Of a stretch of DNA of 47,463 nucleotides, positions 17,195 through 26,776 are shown one piece after another (positions within the stretch are counted from its first letter, which is position 1; every line of letters begins with the position of its first letter). The stretch is from the IMG/VR virus record IMGVR_UViG_3300043414_001346, positions 1-47,463 of that record. One strand, 5' to 3'. The position numbers were made by a program, and so were the translations under genes. The notes under the pieces were generated by a model. It saw only the letters and a list, made by a program, of their open reading frames with translations. It was not told the DNA's origin and made no database searches. Source of the stretch: a virus. Taxonomy: Duplodnaviria; Caudoviricetes.

Positions 17195-17268
17195 TGGGCC
17201 CAGTAGGATTCAAACCTACATTTCACCTGCTATAATCAGATGGTTCTAATCAATTGAACTATGGACCC
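17195..17268 (-). tRNA. Divergent tRNA-Ile (UAU), possibly degenerate
   Basis: GGGTCCA/TGGGCCC acceptor, anticodon loop ATTATAG, T-loop TTTGAAT (non-canonical), D-loop lacking GG, 3' CTA instead of CCA. Confidence 0.7.
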
Positions 17269-17272
17269 TTAA

Positions 17273-17348
17273 TGGCTTCCCGAGACGGACTCGAACCGCC
17301 GACCCAGTGGTTAACAGCCACTTGCTCTACCAACTGAGCTATCAGGAA
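17273..17348 (-). tRNA. tRNA-Asn (GUU)
   Basis: Canonical cloverleaf TTCCTGA...CTGTTAA...GGTTCGAGTCC...TCGGGAA-G-CCA. Confidence 0.96.
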
Positions 17349-17354
17349 AAAAGT

Positions 17355-17426
17355 CTCCCCAAGGTGGAATCGAACCACCGACCCGATCTTTATCAAACAA
17401 CCGTTCTACCACTGAACTATTGGGGA
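17355..17426 (-). tRNA. tRNA-like gene or pseudo-tRNA: Asn-like body, GAU (Ile) in the loop, mispaired anticodon stem
   Basis: Perfect acceptor TCCCCAA/TTGGGGA, D and T arms intact; anticodon arm GTTGT-TTGATAA-AGATC with 2 mismatches; no CCA. Confidence 0.7.
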
Positions 17427-17446
17427 GATAATACAATTAGAAGTTA

Positions 17447-17494
17447 TAGCTTACGTTGGAATCTAATGAAAGGAGATATGAACAACATAAGCTA
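17447..17494 (-). promoter_or_regulatory. Stem-loop in the leader of the antisense tRNA operon
   Basis: TAGCTTATGTTG/CAACGTAAGCTA 12-bp stem; the U-G wobble is valid only on the minus strand. Confidence 0.55.
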
Positions 17495-17502
17495 CAAAAA
17501 AT

Positions 17503-17531
17503 AATATACGTAAAAATACCAACTTTGTAAA
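17503..17531 (-). promoter_or_regulatory. Sigma70-type promoter for the tRNA island
   Basis: TTTACA-N17-TATATT on the minus strand. Confidence 0.6.
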
Positions 17532-17623
17532 GTGTTTTTTTTGTACGAAATTAATTAACTAAAATTTTATATGTGGTAATATAAAAGTATGAAAATCCTA
17601 TTTAAGATTTTGTTTTTTAATAA

Positions 17624-20233
17624 ATGAACAATCAATTTGAAAATCCTCAAAATATTATATCACCTCTGCAATACGCAGAACAATTAGGGGATGCGAATTC
17701 TTTAACAGAATTCAACCAAATGTATGATCCAAAGTTTAATCATAACTTGGCATTTTATTTATCTGAGGGGACATTAAATCGTATAGGTGCTGATTTAACT
17801 CAATTAATTGCCCTTGATGATACAGCGCGTCAACGATGGTTGCGTGTAATTATAGATGGATTAGATTATTTGGGCATTGGTGCTGATCCATACAATAAAA
17901 CACGTGGTGGTTATTCTTCTCGTAGTACAGATATTTATGCATCTACATTGATGAAAAATGTTTTACATTCAACTGCAGAATTGTTTTCTTCGTTATTTCC
18001 AGCAAGTGGATTTATTGAAACGGAAGTTTTAGGAATTATAACCGAACAACAAGAAAATCATGCGGCACGTATTAAAGATTTTATGAACTACATGACAACA
18101 TTTGTTATGGATGATTATAAATCGGATAAACGTCAAGGATTGTTTTGGATGATTCTTGAAGGAAGTGTCTTTTCTAAACCCTATATATGCCCTATTAAAA
18201 ACATTCCAGTTGCGCCGTATGTACGTGCTAGTGATGTTATTATTAGCGTGGGTGCATCGTCTATTAATGATGCTGAACGTATTACTCATGTATTTTCATT
18301 ATCCGAAAGAGAAGTTCAAGACCGTTTTGCTGCTAAAGAATGGTTGGAAGTTCAACTTGAAAGTGAAAATGTTAATTCAAATCTTGTGCAAAATAAAGTT
18401 AATCAAAAAATGGGTTATCAAGAACAACTTGATGACAAATCAAAAAGATATACATTTTATGAAACAATAACTTATCTTGATATTGATGGTTTTGAACACA
18501 TGAATGTCAATGGTTCACCATCGGGTAAAAAAATACCATATAAAGTTATTAAAGACAAAAACAGCGATAAAATAGTAGCTTTACATCGTTATTACAATGA
18601 AAACGATTTAACATTTAAACCAAAAACGTTTCTTATTCAACATAAATACTTTACAGGTTTTGATATTCATGGTTTTGGTCTTATTCATTTATGCTTAGGA
18701 TTGGCACGCGCAGAAACTGAAATTCAACAAGAATTGATTAAAGCGGCAAAATTGTCAAACGCTCCTTCGTTATTAATGGATTCAGGTTTGCGTAATGAAA
18801 AAACTCAAATAGACATAAAACCAGGAAGTTTAAATCAATTTCAAACATTTGGCAGCAATATACAAAATGCATTAATGCCTGTACCTTTTAAAGAGCCGTC
18901 TCAAGTATTCTTGCAATTAATGCAAATTATTTCTCAGGCGCAAGATGATTACGCATCTACATTTGAACTTAAGCCTGAAAATATGCCTGCTAATATGTCA
19001 GCAACGGCTATGCTTGGTATTTTAAACAGCATGCATGTTCTTGAAAATGCTTTAATAAATAGTTTATATGATTCATTTCAAAAAGAATTTCAATTTATTT
19101 ATGATTTAATTGGTGAATGGTTGCCTAAAGAAGGATACCCATTTTTATTGCCGGGTTCTGAAGGACTTATGATGAAATCGGATTTTGATATTAATATATC
19201 AATTAAACCGGTTTTAGATCCCAATTTATCATCACGAGGTCAAAAATTAATTGTTGGTGAAGCATTATTAAATTTAGCTACGCAAAGTCCTGCATTATAT
19301 GACACAAAAGAAGTTCACCGTCGTTTGTTAACAACTATGCAAATAAGTGATATTGATAAATTATTTATTCCGGATCCAAAAGATAATCCACCCCCACCAC
19401 CGCCAGAAATGGATCCACTTTCTGAAAATAAAACAGTTATGGAGGGTAGCCCAATTAAACCGTATAAAATGCAAGATCATAAAAGTCACATTATTATACA
19501 CAATAGTTTAATCGCAACATTATCAGCTGATCAAGATAATGATCAAACGGCATTGATTGCTGAATTAAAGAGCCATATTCAAGCGCACAAAACGTTAGAA
19601 TATATAGCTCAAATGGAAATGATGACAGGTATTACATTGCCTGATGATCCTTCACAAATTCCACCTGAAATACAAAATCAAATAGCTGTTCAAACAGCAC
19701 AAAAACTACAACAAGAAAAACAACAAGAAGAAGCTGCTAATCCTCCTCCTCCCGATCCAAATCAAGTCATGATGGAAGATATTCGAGTAAAAGAAAAAGC
19801 GATTGATGCCAAAACACATGAAACACAATCACGTTTACAACTCGAAGAAATGAAACTATCAAAAGAATCTGAAACTGAATCATTAAAATTACAAATTCAG
19901 TTGAAAGAACTTGAGTTATCAGAAAAAGAACTCATGATACAAGAAAAAAAATTAATGATAACTGAAACTGAAATAAATTTGAAAAACCAAATTGAACTCG
20001 AAAAAATTAGATCAGAAAATAATAAAACTGATTTAACCGTCCAATCAAAAGCTTTTGATTCAACTCTTGATTATCAATCAAAACAAGAAGTGAACCAGGC
20101 CAAGATTGTTTCTGATGAAGAAAAAAATTCATTGGATGCTCAAACCCAGGCATTTAAATCAACTCTTGACTTTGAAAAAAACAAAGAAAAAGAACAATTA
20201 AATGCCGATTACTCAACTCAGATAGGACAATAA
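17624..20233 (+). CDS. Portal protein (podovirus/P22-like, long C-terminal coiled coil)
   Basis: Size and position after terL; NHNLA, GSVFSKPY, HGFGLIHL, VPFKEPSQVF, DHKSHI motifs; Q/E-rich barrel tail. Confidence 0.92.
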   Translation: MNNQFENPQNIISPLQYAEQLGDANSLTEFNQMYDPKFNHNLAFYLSEGTLNRIGADLTQLIALDDTARQRWLRVIIDGLDYLGIGADPYNKTRGGYSSRSTDIYASTLMKNVLHSTAELFSSLFPASGFIETEVLGIITEQQENHAARIKDFMNYMTTFVMDDYKSDKRQGLFWMILEGSVFSKPYICPIKNIPVAPYVRASDVIISVGASSINDAERITHVFSLSEREVQDRFAAKEWLEVQLESENVNSNLVQNKVNQKMGYQEQLDDKSKRYTFYETITYLDIDGFEHMNVNGSPSGKKIPYKVIKDKNSDKIVALHRYYNENDLTFKPKTFLIQHKYFTGFDIHGFGLIHLCLGLARAETEIQQELIKAAKLSNAPSLLMDSGLRNEKTQIDIKPGSLNQFQTFGSNIQNALMPVPFKEPSQVFLQLMQIISQAQDDYASTFELKPENMPANMSATAMLGILNSMHVLENALINSLYDSFQKEFQFIYDLIGEWLPKEGYPFLLPGSEGLMMKSDFDINISIKPVLDPNLSSRGQKLIVGEALLNLATQSPALYDTKEVHRRLLTTMQISDIDKLFIPDPKDNPPPPPPEMDPLSENKTVMEGSPIKPYKMQDHKSHIIIHNSLIATLSADQDNDQTALIAELKSHIQAHKTLEYIAQMEMMTGITLPDDPSQIPPEIQNQIAVQTAQKLQQEKQQEEAANPPPPDPNQVMMEDIRVKEKAIDAKTHETQSRLQLEEMKLSKESETESLKLQIQLKELELSEKELMIQEKKLMITETEINLKNQIELEKIRSENNKTDLTVQSKAFDSTLDYQSKQEVNQAKIVSDEEKNSLDAQTQAFKSTLDFEKNKEKEQLNADYSTQIGQ

Positions 20234-20234
20234 A

Positions 20235-20864
20235 ATGGATAGCCAACTTGTAGGAAAAAATCACGCTGCAGATCGCATTCGTGCAGAATTAAGAGAAACA
20301 CACTCAAAAGGTATTGAATACCCAAAAGCCACAAACGAACGTGGAACAATGAGCAGAAATCATAGAGAATATCATGCCGCAGGTGACCAAGTAGGCGGCG
20401 AATCTAAAGCTCCTGGTAACGGTGGTGCTTATATGAAACCACGTTTTGGCAACCCAGTTGGTGGCATGAATGACGGACATTTTAGAAAAAATGCTATTCG
20501 TCAAGCAAACCCAGAACGTCACGCCGAAGGTGATTCAGTTGGTGGCGGCGCACAACCAAACACCATGAAATATGCAATGGGCGGTGAAATGGAAACTGAC
20601 GATGAAGGTCGCGAAAAGCATTTTATGGGTAATGCCATTGGTGGCGGTCGAAATATTCGTAATAATGTACGTATGGGCCAAATGGGTATGCCTAATATGC
20701 CTGGTATGAATGGTATGCGCGGTATGCACGGTATGCCTGCTATGCGCGGCGTTCGTAGTGCTCCTCAAGCATTTGATCAAAATCAAATGTCAGGTCAACC
20801 TGGAAGCCAAGACGAAAATATGCAATATCGTCGTGGTGGGCGTATTCACAAAAAATATACATAA
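20235..20864 (+). CDS. Low-complexity G/M/R-rich putative internal head protein with repeated [YH]xxG(G/D/N) motifs
   Basis: HAAGD, HAEGD, YAMGG, HFMGN, YRRGG. Confidence 0.75.
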   Translation: MDSQLVGKNHAADRIRAELRETHSKGIEYPKATNERGTMSRNHREYHAAGDQVGGESKAPGNGGAYMKPRFGNPVGGMNDGHFRKNAIRQANPERHAEGDSVGGGAQPNTMKYAMGGEMETDDEGREKHFMGNAIGGGRNIRNNVRMGQMGMPNMPGMNGMRGMHGMPAMRGVRSAPQAFDQNQMSGQPGSQDENMQYRRGGRIHKKYT

Positions 20865-20875
20865 GGATTAAAAAT

Positions 20876-21133
20876 ATGAGTACTATTTACGGCTCTGATT
20901 TAGCACAACAACGTATTCGAAACGAAACCATGAAACCTTCAACAGGTGTGGACATAGCCCATGATTATTACTCAAATAATCAAAAAGCTAAACATGCCAA
21001 AATGAAAGAAATGGAATGTTCTAATAAAACAAGTGGTGATGAACTTGGATATTTTGGACGTGAAAACAAAAACAAATATGCCATGGGCGGTCCTATAAAA
21101 GAACGCCGTGGTTTTTTTAATAAAACTAAATAA
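20876..21133 (+). CDS. Small putative internal head protein with YAMGG motif
   Basis: N-terminus (GSDLAQQRIRNE) resembles the preceding gene (GKNHAADRIRAE); C-terminal KYAMGG. Confidence 0.7.
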   Translation: MSTIYGSDLAQQRIRNETMKPSTGVDIAHDYYSNNQKAKHAKMKEMECSNKTSGDELGYFGRENKNKYAMGGPIKERRGFFNKTK

Positions 21134-21199
21134 GTATTTACATTAATCTATTATAAATGTTATTGTGATATTTATAATAATTTTTTGTAAGGAAAACAC

Positions 21200-21514
21200 A
21201 TGAACAACGTTATTAAATTAATTGGCATTTTAAAAAAAGATTTAAGTACATATAGGCAAGGAATTGCTAATAATATTACTTTTACTGACTTATCATCAGA
21301 ACAAATACTTCTTAATAAAGGTACTATTGTAGGTCTTACTAAAATAAGTGCATTTATTGATTTTATTGAAAAATGGGCAAAAGAAAATATGGAATCAGAT
21401 ACGTTTCCAGAATCATTTATGAGAATTACAACTAAACAAACAGATGATAATAACGTTGTTCATACAATTGATGTAGATACTGGTTTGGTAACAGTTTCAG
21501 GGGCAACAATTTAA
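21200..21514 (+). CDS. Hypothetical protein (head module)
   Basis: ORF with AAGGA RBS, coupled to the next gene. Confidence 0.7.
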   Translation: MNNVIKLIGILKKDLSTYRQGIANNITFTDLSSEQILLNKGTIVGLTKISAFIDFIEKWAKENMESDTFPESFMRITTKQTDDNNVVHTIDVDTGLVTVSGATI

Positions 21515-22014
21515 TGACAAATAAAACATTAATTAATACCGAATGTGCTCCACAGTTTGCAGATAATTCAGCTTACCCATGGCGTAAACAATTAAAACAA
21601 CCTGAATTATGGACTGAAGAAGAAATACATGATCTTGTAATGAGAGAATTAGGGCAAGACACTTTATTTCCATTAGGTTTTGAAATACTTGTTAAAATTT
21701 GGACGCCAGGTGAAACAGACAAAAACGGTTTATTAGTACCGGGCCAAGTTCGTCGTAATGAACGCATTGAGGCATCTGTTGGTAAAGTACTTCGTTTTGG
21801 GGATGAAGCTTTTCAAGATAGACGCCGATTTGTTTTAGGATCACGTTTAACATTTGATGAGTGGTACATTTTTAAAACAAGTCAACGTCAACTTATTCGA
21901 GTAGGTGAACATTATGCCGCTATTATTGTTGACGAAAGATTTGGTGTACATACTTTAAAACCAGACGATATTCAAACTACCCATAGTCTTGAATATATAC
22001 ATACAGGGGCTTAA
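21514..22014 (+). CDS. groES: GroES/Cpn10-like co-chaperonin
   Basis: FPLGFEILVK...TDKNGLLVP (mobile loop)...VGKVLRFGDEAF...EWYIF. Confidence 0.75.
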   Translation: MTNKTLINTECAPQFADNSAYPWRKQLKQPELWTEEEIHDLVMRELGQDTLFPLGFEILVKIWTPGETDKNGLLVPGQVRRNERIEASVGKVLRFGDEAFQDRRRFVLGSRLTFDEWYIFKTSQRQLIRVGEHYAAIIVDERFGVHTLKPDDIQTTHSLEYIHTGA

Positions 22015-23232
22015 ATGATTGATAATCAAGAAAATTCATATGCTTTGCCAACACAAAGATCAAACATTATTTATAATGTAGGTAGTGATGAGCCAAATTC
22101 TTTAAAGGATTTGGCAGATGAAAAAGGTATTACACAAGCAATTCATCAAATAAATCAAGAATCACAAGAAGAACACCAACAATTACAACAAACAAATGAT
22201 TTTGTTGATGAAGCAAACAATCAGGATTTAAATGAACAATTTTCACAAGAAGAATTTGTTCCAGTTCAAAAAAAGAAAGTTCACAAAAAAAATAAAGTTG
22301 ATAAACGCATTGATGATTTAACGTATCGATTGGCGCTTAAAGATGAAGAAAATAAACGTATTCGTGAAGAACATGACGCTGAATTAAGAGCTGTTCAATT
22401 AAATCTTAATAAACAAAAGATTGATAGTGATCTTGAACGTATTTCTAATATTATGATGCAAGCTAATGAAGAAGGTAATGCCAAAGTTTTTACTGAAGCA
22501 ACCAAAATTCATAACAAACTTATTCATCAAGAATCAGAAACAGAACAAGAACTTGAACATTTAAAAAATTACTATCAACAAAACAATCAACAAAATTTAA
22601 TTGAAAATGAATATAACAAACTTGCTGAAGAAAGATTTATTCAATTATCGGATGCAAAAGAATTAAATAGCCCGCATTACGGCGAATGGTTGCAAAGACA
22701 TAATTATTATAATGCATATGATGTTGACAATTTTGATGCTGATTTAGCAAATGAAATACACGATTTAAAAAGTAATTATAATAAATTTTTAAAATTAAAA
22801 CGAAATCAAAATTATATTGGCACACCACAATATTATTCTGATTTAGATTCAATGATAGATCAAAAATTTAATGTAGGAAATCAACAAAATAATAATTATG
22901 AGGAACGGTCAATGAATAAAAAGTATGTTTACGAAACACAAATGCCACCACAACAAAATGAATATTCCGGATATTCAAATCAACCATCACAACAAATAAA
23001 TCATGGCAATCAAATGAATTATGGAAATCAAAGGCCAAATGTTATGCCAGTTAATAGATCTGGTTATACACAAAATTACAATCAAAATAATTTGCCTCCT
23101 TTAAATGAAAATCAGCGCAGAATAGCATTAATGATGCCTTCTACAGATGAACAAAATCAACCATTATCGGCTGAAGGTAAAATTCACGCTTATCAATTGG
23201 GATTACTTGAACAAATGAATAACGGGAGATAA
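22015..23232 (+). CDS. Putative capsid scaffolding protein
   Basis: Acidic coiled coil, KVDKRIDDLT motif, position between portal and capsid. Confidence 0.65.
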   Translation: MIDNQENSYALPTQRSNIIYNVGSDEPNSLKDLADEKGITQAIHQINQESQEEHQQLQQTNDFVDEANNQDLNEQFSQEEFVPVQKKKVHKKNKVDKRIDDLTYRLALKDEENKRIREEHDAELRAVQLNLNKQKIDSDLERISNIMMQANEEGNAKVFTEATKIHNKLIHQESETEQELEHLKNYYQQNNQQNLIENEYNKLAEERFIQLSDAKELNSPHYGEWLQRHNYYNAYDVDNFDADLANEIHDLKSNYNKFLKLKRNQNYIGTPQYYSDLDSMIDQKFNVGNQQNNNYEERSMNKKYVYETQMPPQQNEYSGYSNQPSQQINHGNQMNYGNQRPNVMPVNRSGYTQNYNQNNLPPLNENQRRIALMMPSTDEQNQPLSAEGKIHAYQLGLLEQMNNGR

Positions 23233-23235
23233 AGC

Positions 23236-23916
23236 ATGGGAAGATCACGCACAATAAAAGATAAAGAAGCAACACAAGAACTTTCTTTAAATCATGGTGA
23301 AGTTAACACTGATTTTGAAGATCAATACGAAGACGAAGAAAAAGAAATATTACGAACTCGTGGATCAATTCAAGATGCAAAAGAAAAATTAAAAGAATTT
23401 TCTCCGCGGTCGCGGACATTAGAAGAACGTGAATTTACGGATCGACGAGTAGACACATATATTGATTATTATCAACGTTTGCATACTCAGCAACATCGTG
23501 GCAAAACATATGTAGATTCTAAAAACGTTCCAGAGGGTTATGCATTTATGTGGGCTGCCGAAACCTGTCGAGGTCGACCACAACCATTGCGCGACTTGGA
23601 ACATATTCATGGTTGGAAATATGCTACTCCCGCCGACATGCCTGAATATGCTGTATACGATGATTATGGTAATATTGATGATTCAATTAATCGTGTACGT
23701 GTTGGTGCTTGTATTGGCATGATTCGTGAAAAAGCTATTCACAACGCACAACTTGAATTTTTGTCTCGTCAGCGCAATTTAAATGACAAGATGAAAGAAC
23801 GTATGCGTAACAAAGACAATAACGTTCCACATCCTTTTTCAACACGAGAATCAGATAGAAGTAACGAATTTTTCCCATCAAATGATATGGCAAATTCATT
23901 TGCTCGTTCATTTTAA
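23236..23916 (+). CDS. Conserved hypothetical head-module protein
   Basis: VPEGYAFMW...GWKYAT...PEY...VRVGACIG pattern, typical of the gene before the capsid genes in this type of podophage. Confidence 0.7.
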   Translation: MGRSRTIKDKEATQELSLNHGEVNTDFEDQYEDEEKEILRTRGSIQDAKEKLKEFSPRSRTLEEREFTDRRVDTYIDYYQRLHTQQHRGKTYVDSKNVPEGYAFMWAAETCRGRPQPLRDLEHIHGWKYATPADMPEYAVYDDYGNIDDSINRVRVGACIGMIREKAIHNAQLEFLSRQRNLNDKMKERMRNKDNNVPHPFSTRESDRSNEFFPSNDMANSFARSF

Positions 23917-23926
23917 TTAATTTTAT

Positions 23927-24100
23927 ATTATATAGCGTTTTTTATTTTAAGTTTTTATAAAGAACGTTGTATAATAAATTATATCTTAGGCTAGACCTAA
24001 TGTTCGTGTAAATTTTGGACGGATTTATGCGCTCTTACCTCGTTGTATGTACCACTTGTCTAAAAAAATATTTTTATTTTTTAACGTCATACATACGAGG
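23927..24100 (+). promoter_or_regulatory. Structured 5' leader of the capsid genes; RBS-sequestering helix
   Basis: Stems 23927-23975, 23986-24000, 24005-24031; CCTCGTTGTATG (24038-24049) pairs with CATACA-T-ACGAGG (24088-24100), covering the GAGG RBS. Confidence 0.6.
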
Positions 24101-24108
24101 AAACAATC

Positions 24109-24726
24109 ATGGCAACTCAATCTAATCCTTATGGATTATCATTTTATAACTACAAAGGTGGAAAGAACAAATTTTCCACAAGTACATATGCTTTACCATC
24201 TGGATACGCAATCAGCTTAGGACAAGGTGATCCTGTAAACATTGCTGCAAATGGCAATATAGCAGCATATGCTGCGCCTACAGGCGCAAACCCTGTTCAA
24301 ACACTTGGTCAATTTGTAAGTGTTACTTATATAAATGCATCCGGTCTATTAGTTAATTCAAATTATTGGCCAGCAAATACAGTAACACAAAACAATGTGC
24401 CTGCAATTGTCACGGTAGCAGACCTTCCTTACAACGTTTACAAAGTGCAATGTAATACATTTTTCCCTCTTGTATCACCTGTTACCCCTGTTTTCAGAAA
24501 TTACAATTTACTTCCAAGCAATCCAAATCCACAAACCGGCCAATCAACTATTGCTTTAAATACAACTGAAGTTGCCGCACCGAATGCCTATTTAACAGTC
24601 AAAATTGTGGGATTAGCTCCTGTATCTAATAATGACTCAAACTCTTGGTATACCGGGTTCCCTGATGTCTTGGTTGTAATTAACAATCATGGATTCAAAA
24701 TTGGAACAAACGGAACTAACGTATAA
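24109..24726 (+). CDS. Putative capsid decoration/cement protein
   Basis: Beta-rich; MATQSNPYGL start, GQGDPV, VVINNH; directly before the major capsid gene. Confidence 0.65.
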   Translation: MATQSNPYGLSFYNYKGGKNKFSTSTYALPSGYAISLGQGDPVNIAANGNIAAYAAPTGANPVQTLGQFVSVTYINASGLLVNSNYWPANTVTQNNVPAIVTVADLPYNVYKVQCNTFFPLVSPVTPVFRNYNLLPSNPNPQTGQSTIALNTTEVAAPNAYLTVKIVGLAPVSNNDSNSWYTGFPDVLVVINNHGFKIGTNGTNV

Positions 24727-24743
24727 TTTAAGGATTTAAAAAA

Positions 24744-25661
24744 ATGTCTACATCAATAATTACAGCCGCCGACTTACCTGCATACCTCATACCAGGCATG
24801 CGATCATCTACCATTTCATATTTGTACTATCAAAATGAATATAAAAACATATTTACCATTTTGCCAACTATTAAAAATACCGAAGTAGATGTGCAATCTG
24901 TCCCATTGTCAGCTGCCGCTCAGTTTTCTGAAGGTTCAGAAATGCCAACTGGTGATATGAAACAATATCTAACAACATATAGTAAGATGTTTCAATATGG
25001 CGTTGGTTTTATTATTACTTCAATTTCTATTGAAGACAATTTGTATCCTGATGAATTTCCTAAAGGATTACTTGGAATTAAAGAAAATTTAAATATTGTT
25101 AAAGAACAAGAAGCAATTTCAGTTTTTGACAATGGATTTTCAACAGCTGATCCTCAATACACCTTAGCTGACGGCCAATCATACTTTTCACAAAGTCACC
25201 CTGTTGTTGGTGGTGCTGTAAGTAATACGCTTACAAATTCACAATTAAATGAAACCGTTGCTGAAGATTTGATAAAAGTTATTCAATCGTTTAAAGACAA
25301 CGCGAATTTGCAACGTAAATTTGAAGCTAAACGTTATCTAGTTGGTATTGATAATCAGTTTGCTGCTGAAATTTTAACCGGTTCTGCATACAGTCCAAAT
25401 GATACTACAAACGCAATTAACCCATTAACATATGGTGAATATTTGCAAGGTGGATTTATATTAAGTCACTACATGACTAATCCCAAAAATTTCTTTATGT
25501 TAACAAATTTGCGTGAAGGCGTTGTTTTGTATGAACGTAAACCTTTGTCTATTCAAATGACAACAGACCAATCAAACCTCAATCTTGGTGTTTATGGTTC
25601 AGAACGTTATCGATTTAATGTAATTGATTTCCGTTCAGCTGCAGGCGTTCAAAGTTTTTAA
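24744..25661 (+). CDS. Major capsid protein (HK97 fold, Mu gpT-like)
   Basis: YGVGFIIT...IEDNLY, ADGQSYFSQSHP, HYMTNPKNFF, ERYRF...DFR. Confidence 0.88.
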   Translation: MSTSIITAADLPAYLIPGMRSSTISYLYYQNEYKNIFTILPTIKNTEVDVQSVPLSAAAQFSEGSEMPTGDMKQYLTTYSKMFQYGVGFIITSISIEDNLYPDEFPKGLLGIKENLNIVKEQEAISVFDNGFSTADPQYTLADGQSYFSQSHPVVGGAVSNTLTNSQLNETVAEDLIKVIQSFKDNANLQRKFEAKRYLVGIDNQFAAEILTGSAYSPNDTTNAINPLTYGEYLQGGFILSHYMTNPKNFFMLTNLREGVVLYERKPLSIQMTTDQSNLNLGVYGSERYRFNVIDFRSAAGVQSF

Positions 25662-25673
25662 AGGAATATAAAA

Positions 25674-26765
25674 ATGGCTGTTACTACAATCTTAAAAAGT
25701 TCATCACCACAAACAACCACGTTATTACAAACAGGTATGTGTTATGATGTAAACTCTACCCAATTTCCATTGCAGCAAGGTGTTCCTGTTAAAAACATTT
25801 ATGCATTTGAAGTTACGCCTGCTCCAGGAACGGGTGTGCCAGCTGAAACATGTATTTCTGCTGCACAAGCTATTACAGCTGCTGGATTTATTCCATTGAA
25901 CACAACATCAACAATTAGTGGAACTGTTGTTACGGCCAATGTTTTATCAACCGTAGACACCTATTCTGGTGTAAGCACGGTGTTTTTGGATTGTGAACGT
26001 TGTCCAGCACTTTATTTTAACGCTCCAACAACTAACGTTGCCAATCAATATTGCGTTATTGGTGGATATGATTATCGAGGAATAGCGGTTACTCAACAAA
26101 TAACAATTCCAAACGGTGTAAATGGAGAATTAATATTTGATAATCCAATGGCTGCCATTACCTCTGTATATTTTACAGGATTAATTAGTGATGGCATCAT
26201 AACAGTTTCTGTTGGTAACAGTAATCGAATTGGTTTGCCTTATTTCTTATCTGGAAATGGACGAAGTATTTCTTTGTCAACAACTGAAGCTTACACCGGT
26301 GAGGGAAATATTTTTTCATCTGCAACGTTATCAACTGCAGGTAATGTTGTGCATGGTAATATTTGGCGTGTAAATCCCCCGTCTGCTAGCAATCCTTGTC
26401 GTGGTTTCTTAGATTTTACACAAGGTCAAATGGACGTTGCTTTTGATGGAGATACGTATTTAACCTATACCTATTATGTTAATGGCGGCGATTCAGAGTT
26501 AAATAATTTATGTCAAAACGTTGATTTTACGGCTGCAAATGCAAATAATACCGTTGATTTAAGTGCGATGGCTTTGTTAAATGCGACAAAAACAGCGTCA
26601 GGTAATTTATATGGTTTTCCATATTTAACACCGGCTGATTTAGTTGGCTTGCAATTTAGTGCAACATCCGCAAGTATTCCCGCGGCTCCAGCGCTTGTTG
26701 CAGATCAAACGCAACCTAACAATAAATTTTATACGCAATATAACCAATATATGCTTAATAATTAG
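25674..26765 (+). CDS. Virion structural protein
   Basis: Beta-rich; GYDYRG...TQQITI and VSVGNSNRIGLPY motifs. Confidence 0.65.
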   Translation: MAVTTILKSSSPQTTTLLQTGMCYDVNSTQFPLQQGVPVKNIYAFEVTPAPGTGVPAETCISAAQAITAAGFIPLNTTSTISGTVVTANVLSTVDTYSGVSTVFLDCERCPALYFNAPTTNVANQYCVIGGYDYRGIAVTQQITIPNGVNGELIFDNPMAAITSVYFTGLISDGIITVSVGNSNRIGLPYFLSGNGRSISLSTTEAYTGEGNIFSSATLSTAGNVVHGNIWRVNPPSASNPCRGFLDFTQGQMDVAFDGDTYLTYTYYVNGGDSELNNLCQNVDFTAANANNTVDLSAMALLNATKTASGNLYGFPYLTPADLVGLQFSATSASIPAAPALVADQTQPNNKFYTQYNQYMLNN

Positions 26766-26776
26766 AAAGTTACAAA

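Noticed and set aside
17307-17504. 65-aa ORF on the + strand
   Set aside because: Antisense overlap of tRNA genes; a typical tRNA shadow translation
20680-20750. M/G-rich tract supplying the missing GroEL GGM tail in trans
   Set aside because: Only compositional similarity; no mechanistic support from sequence
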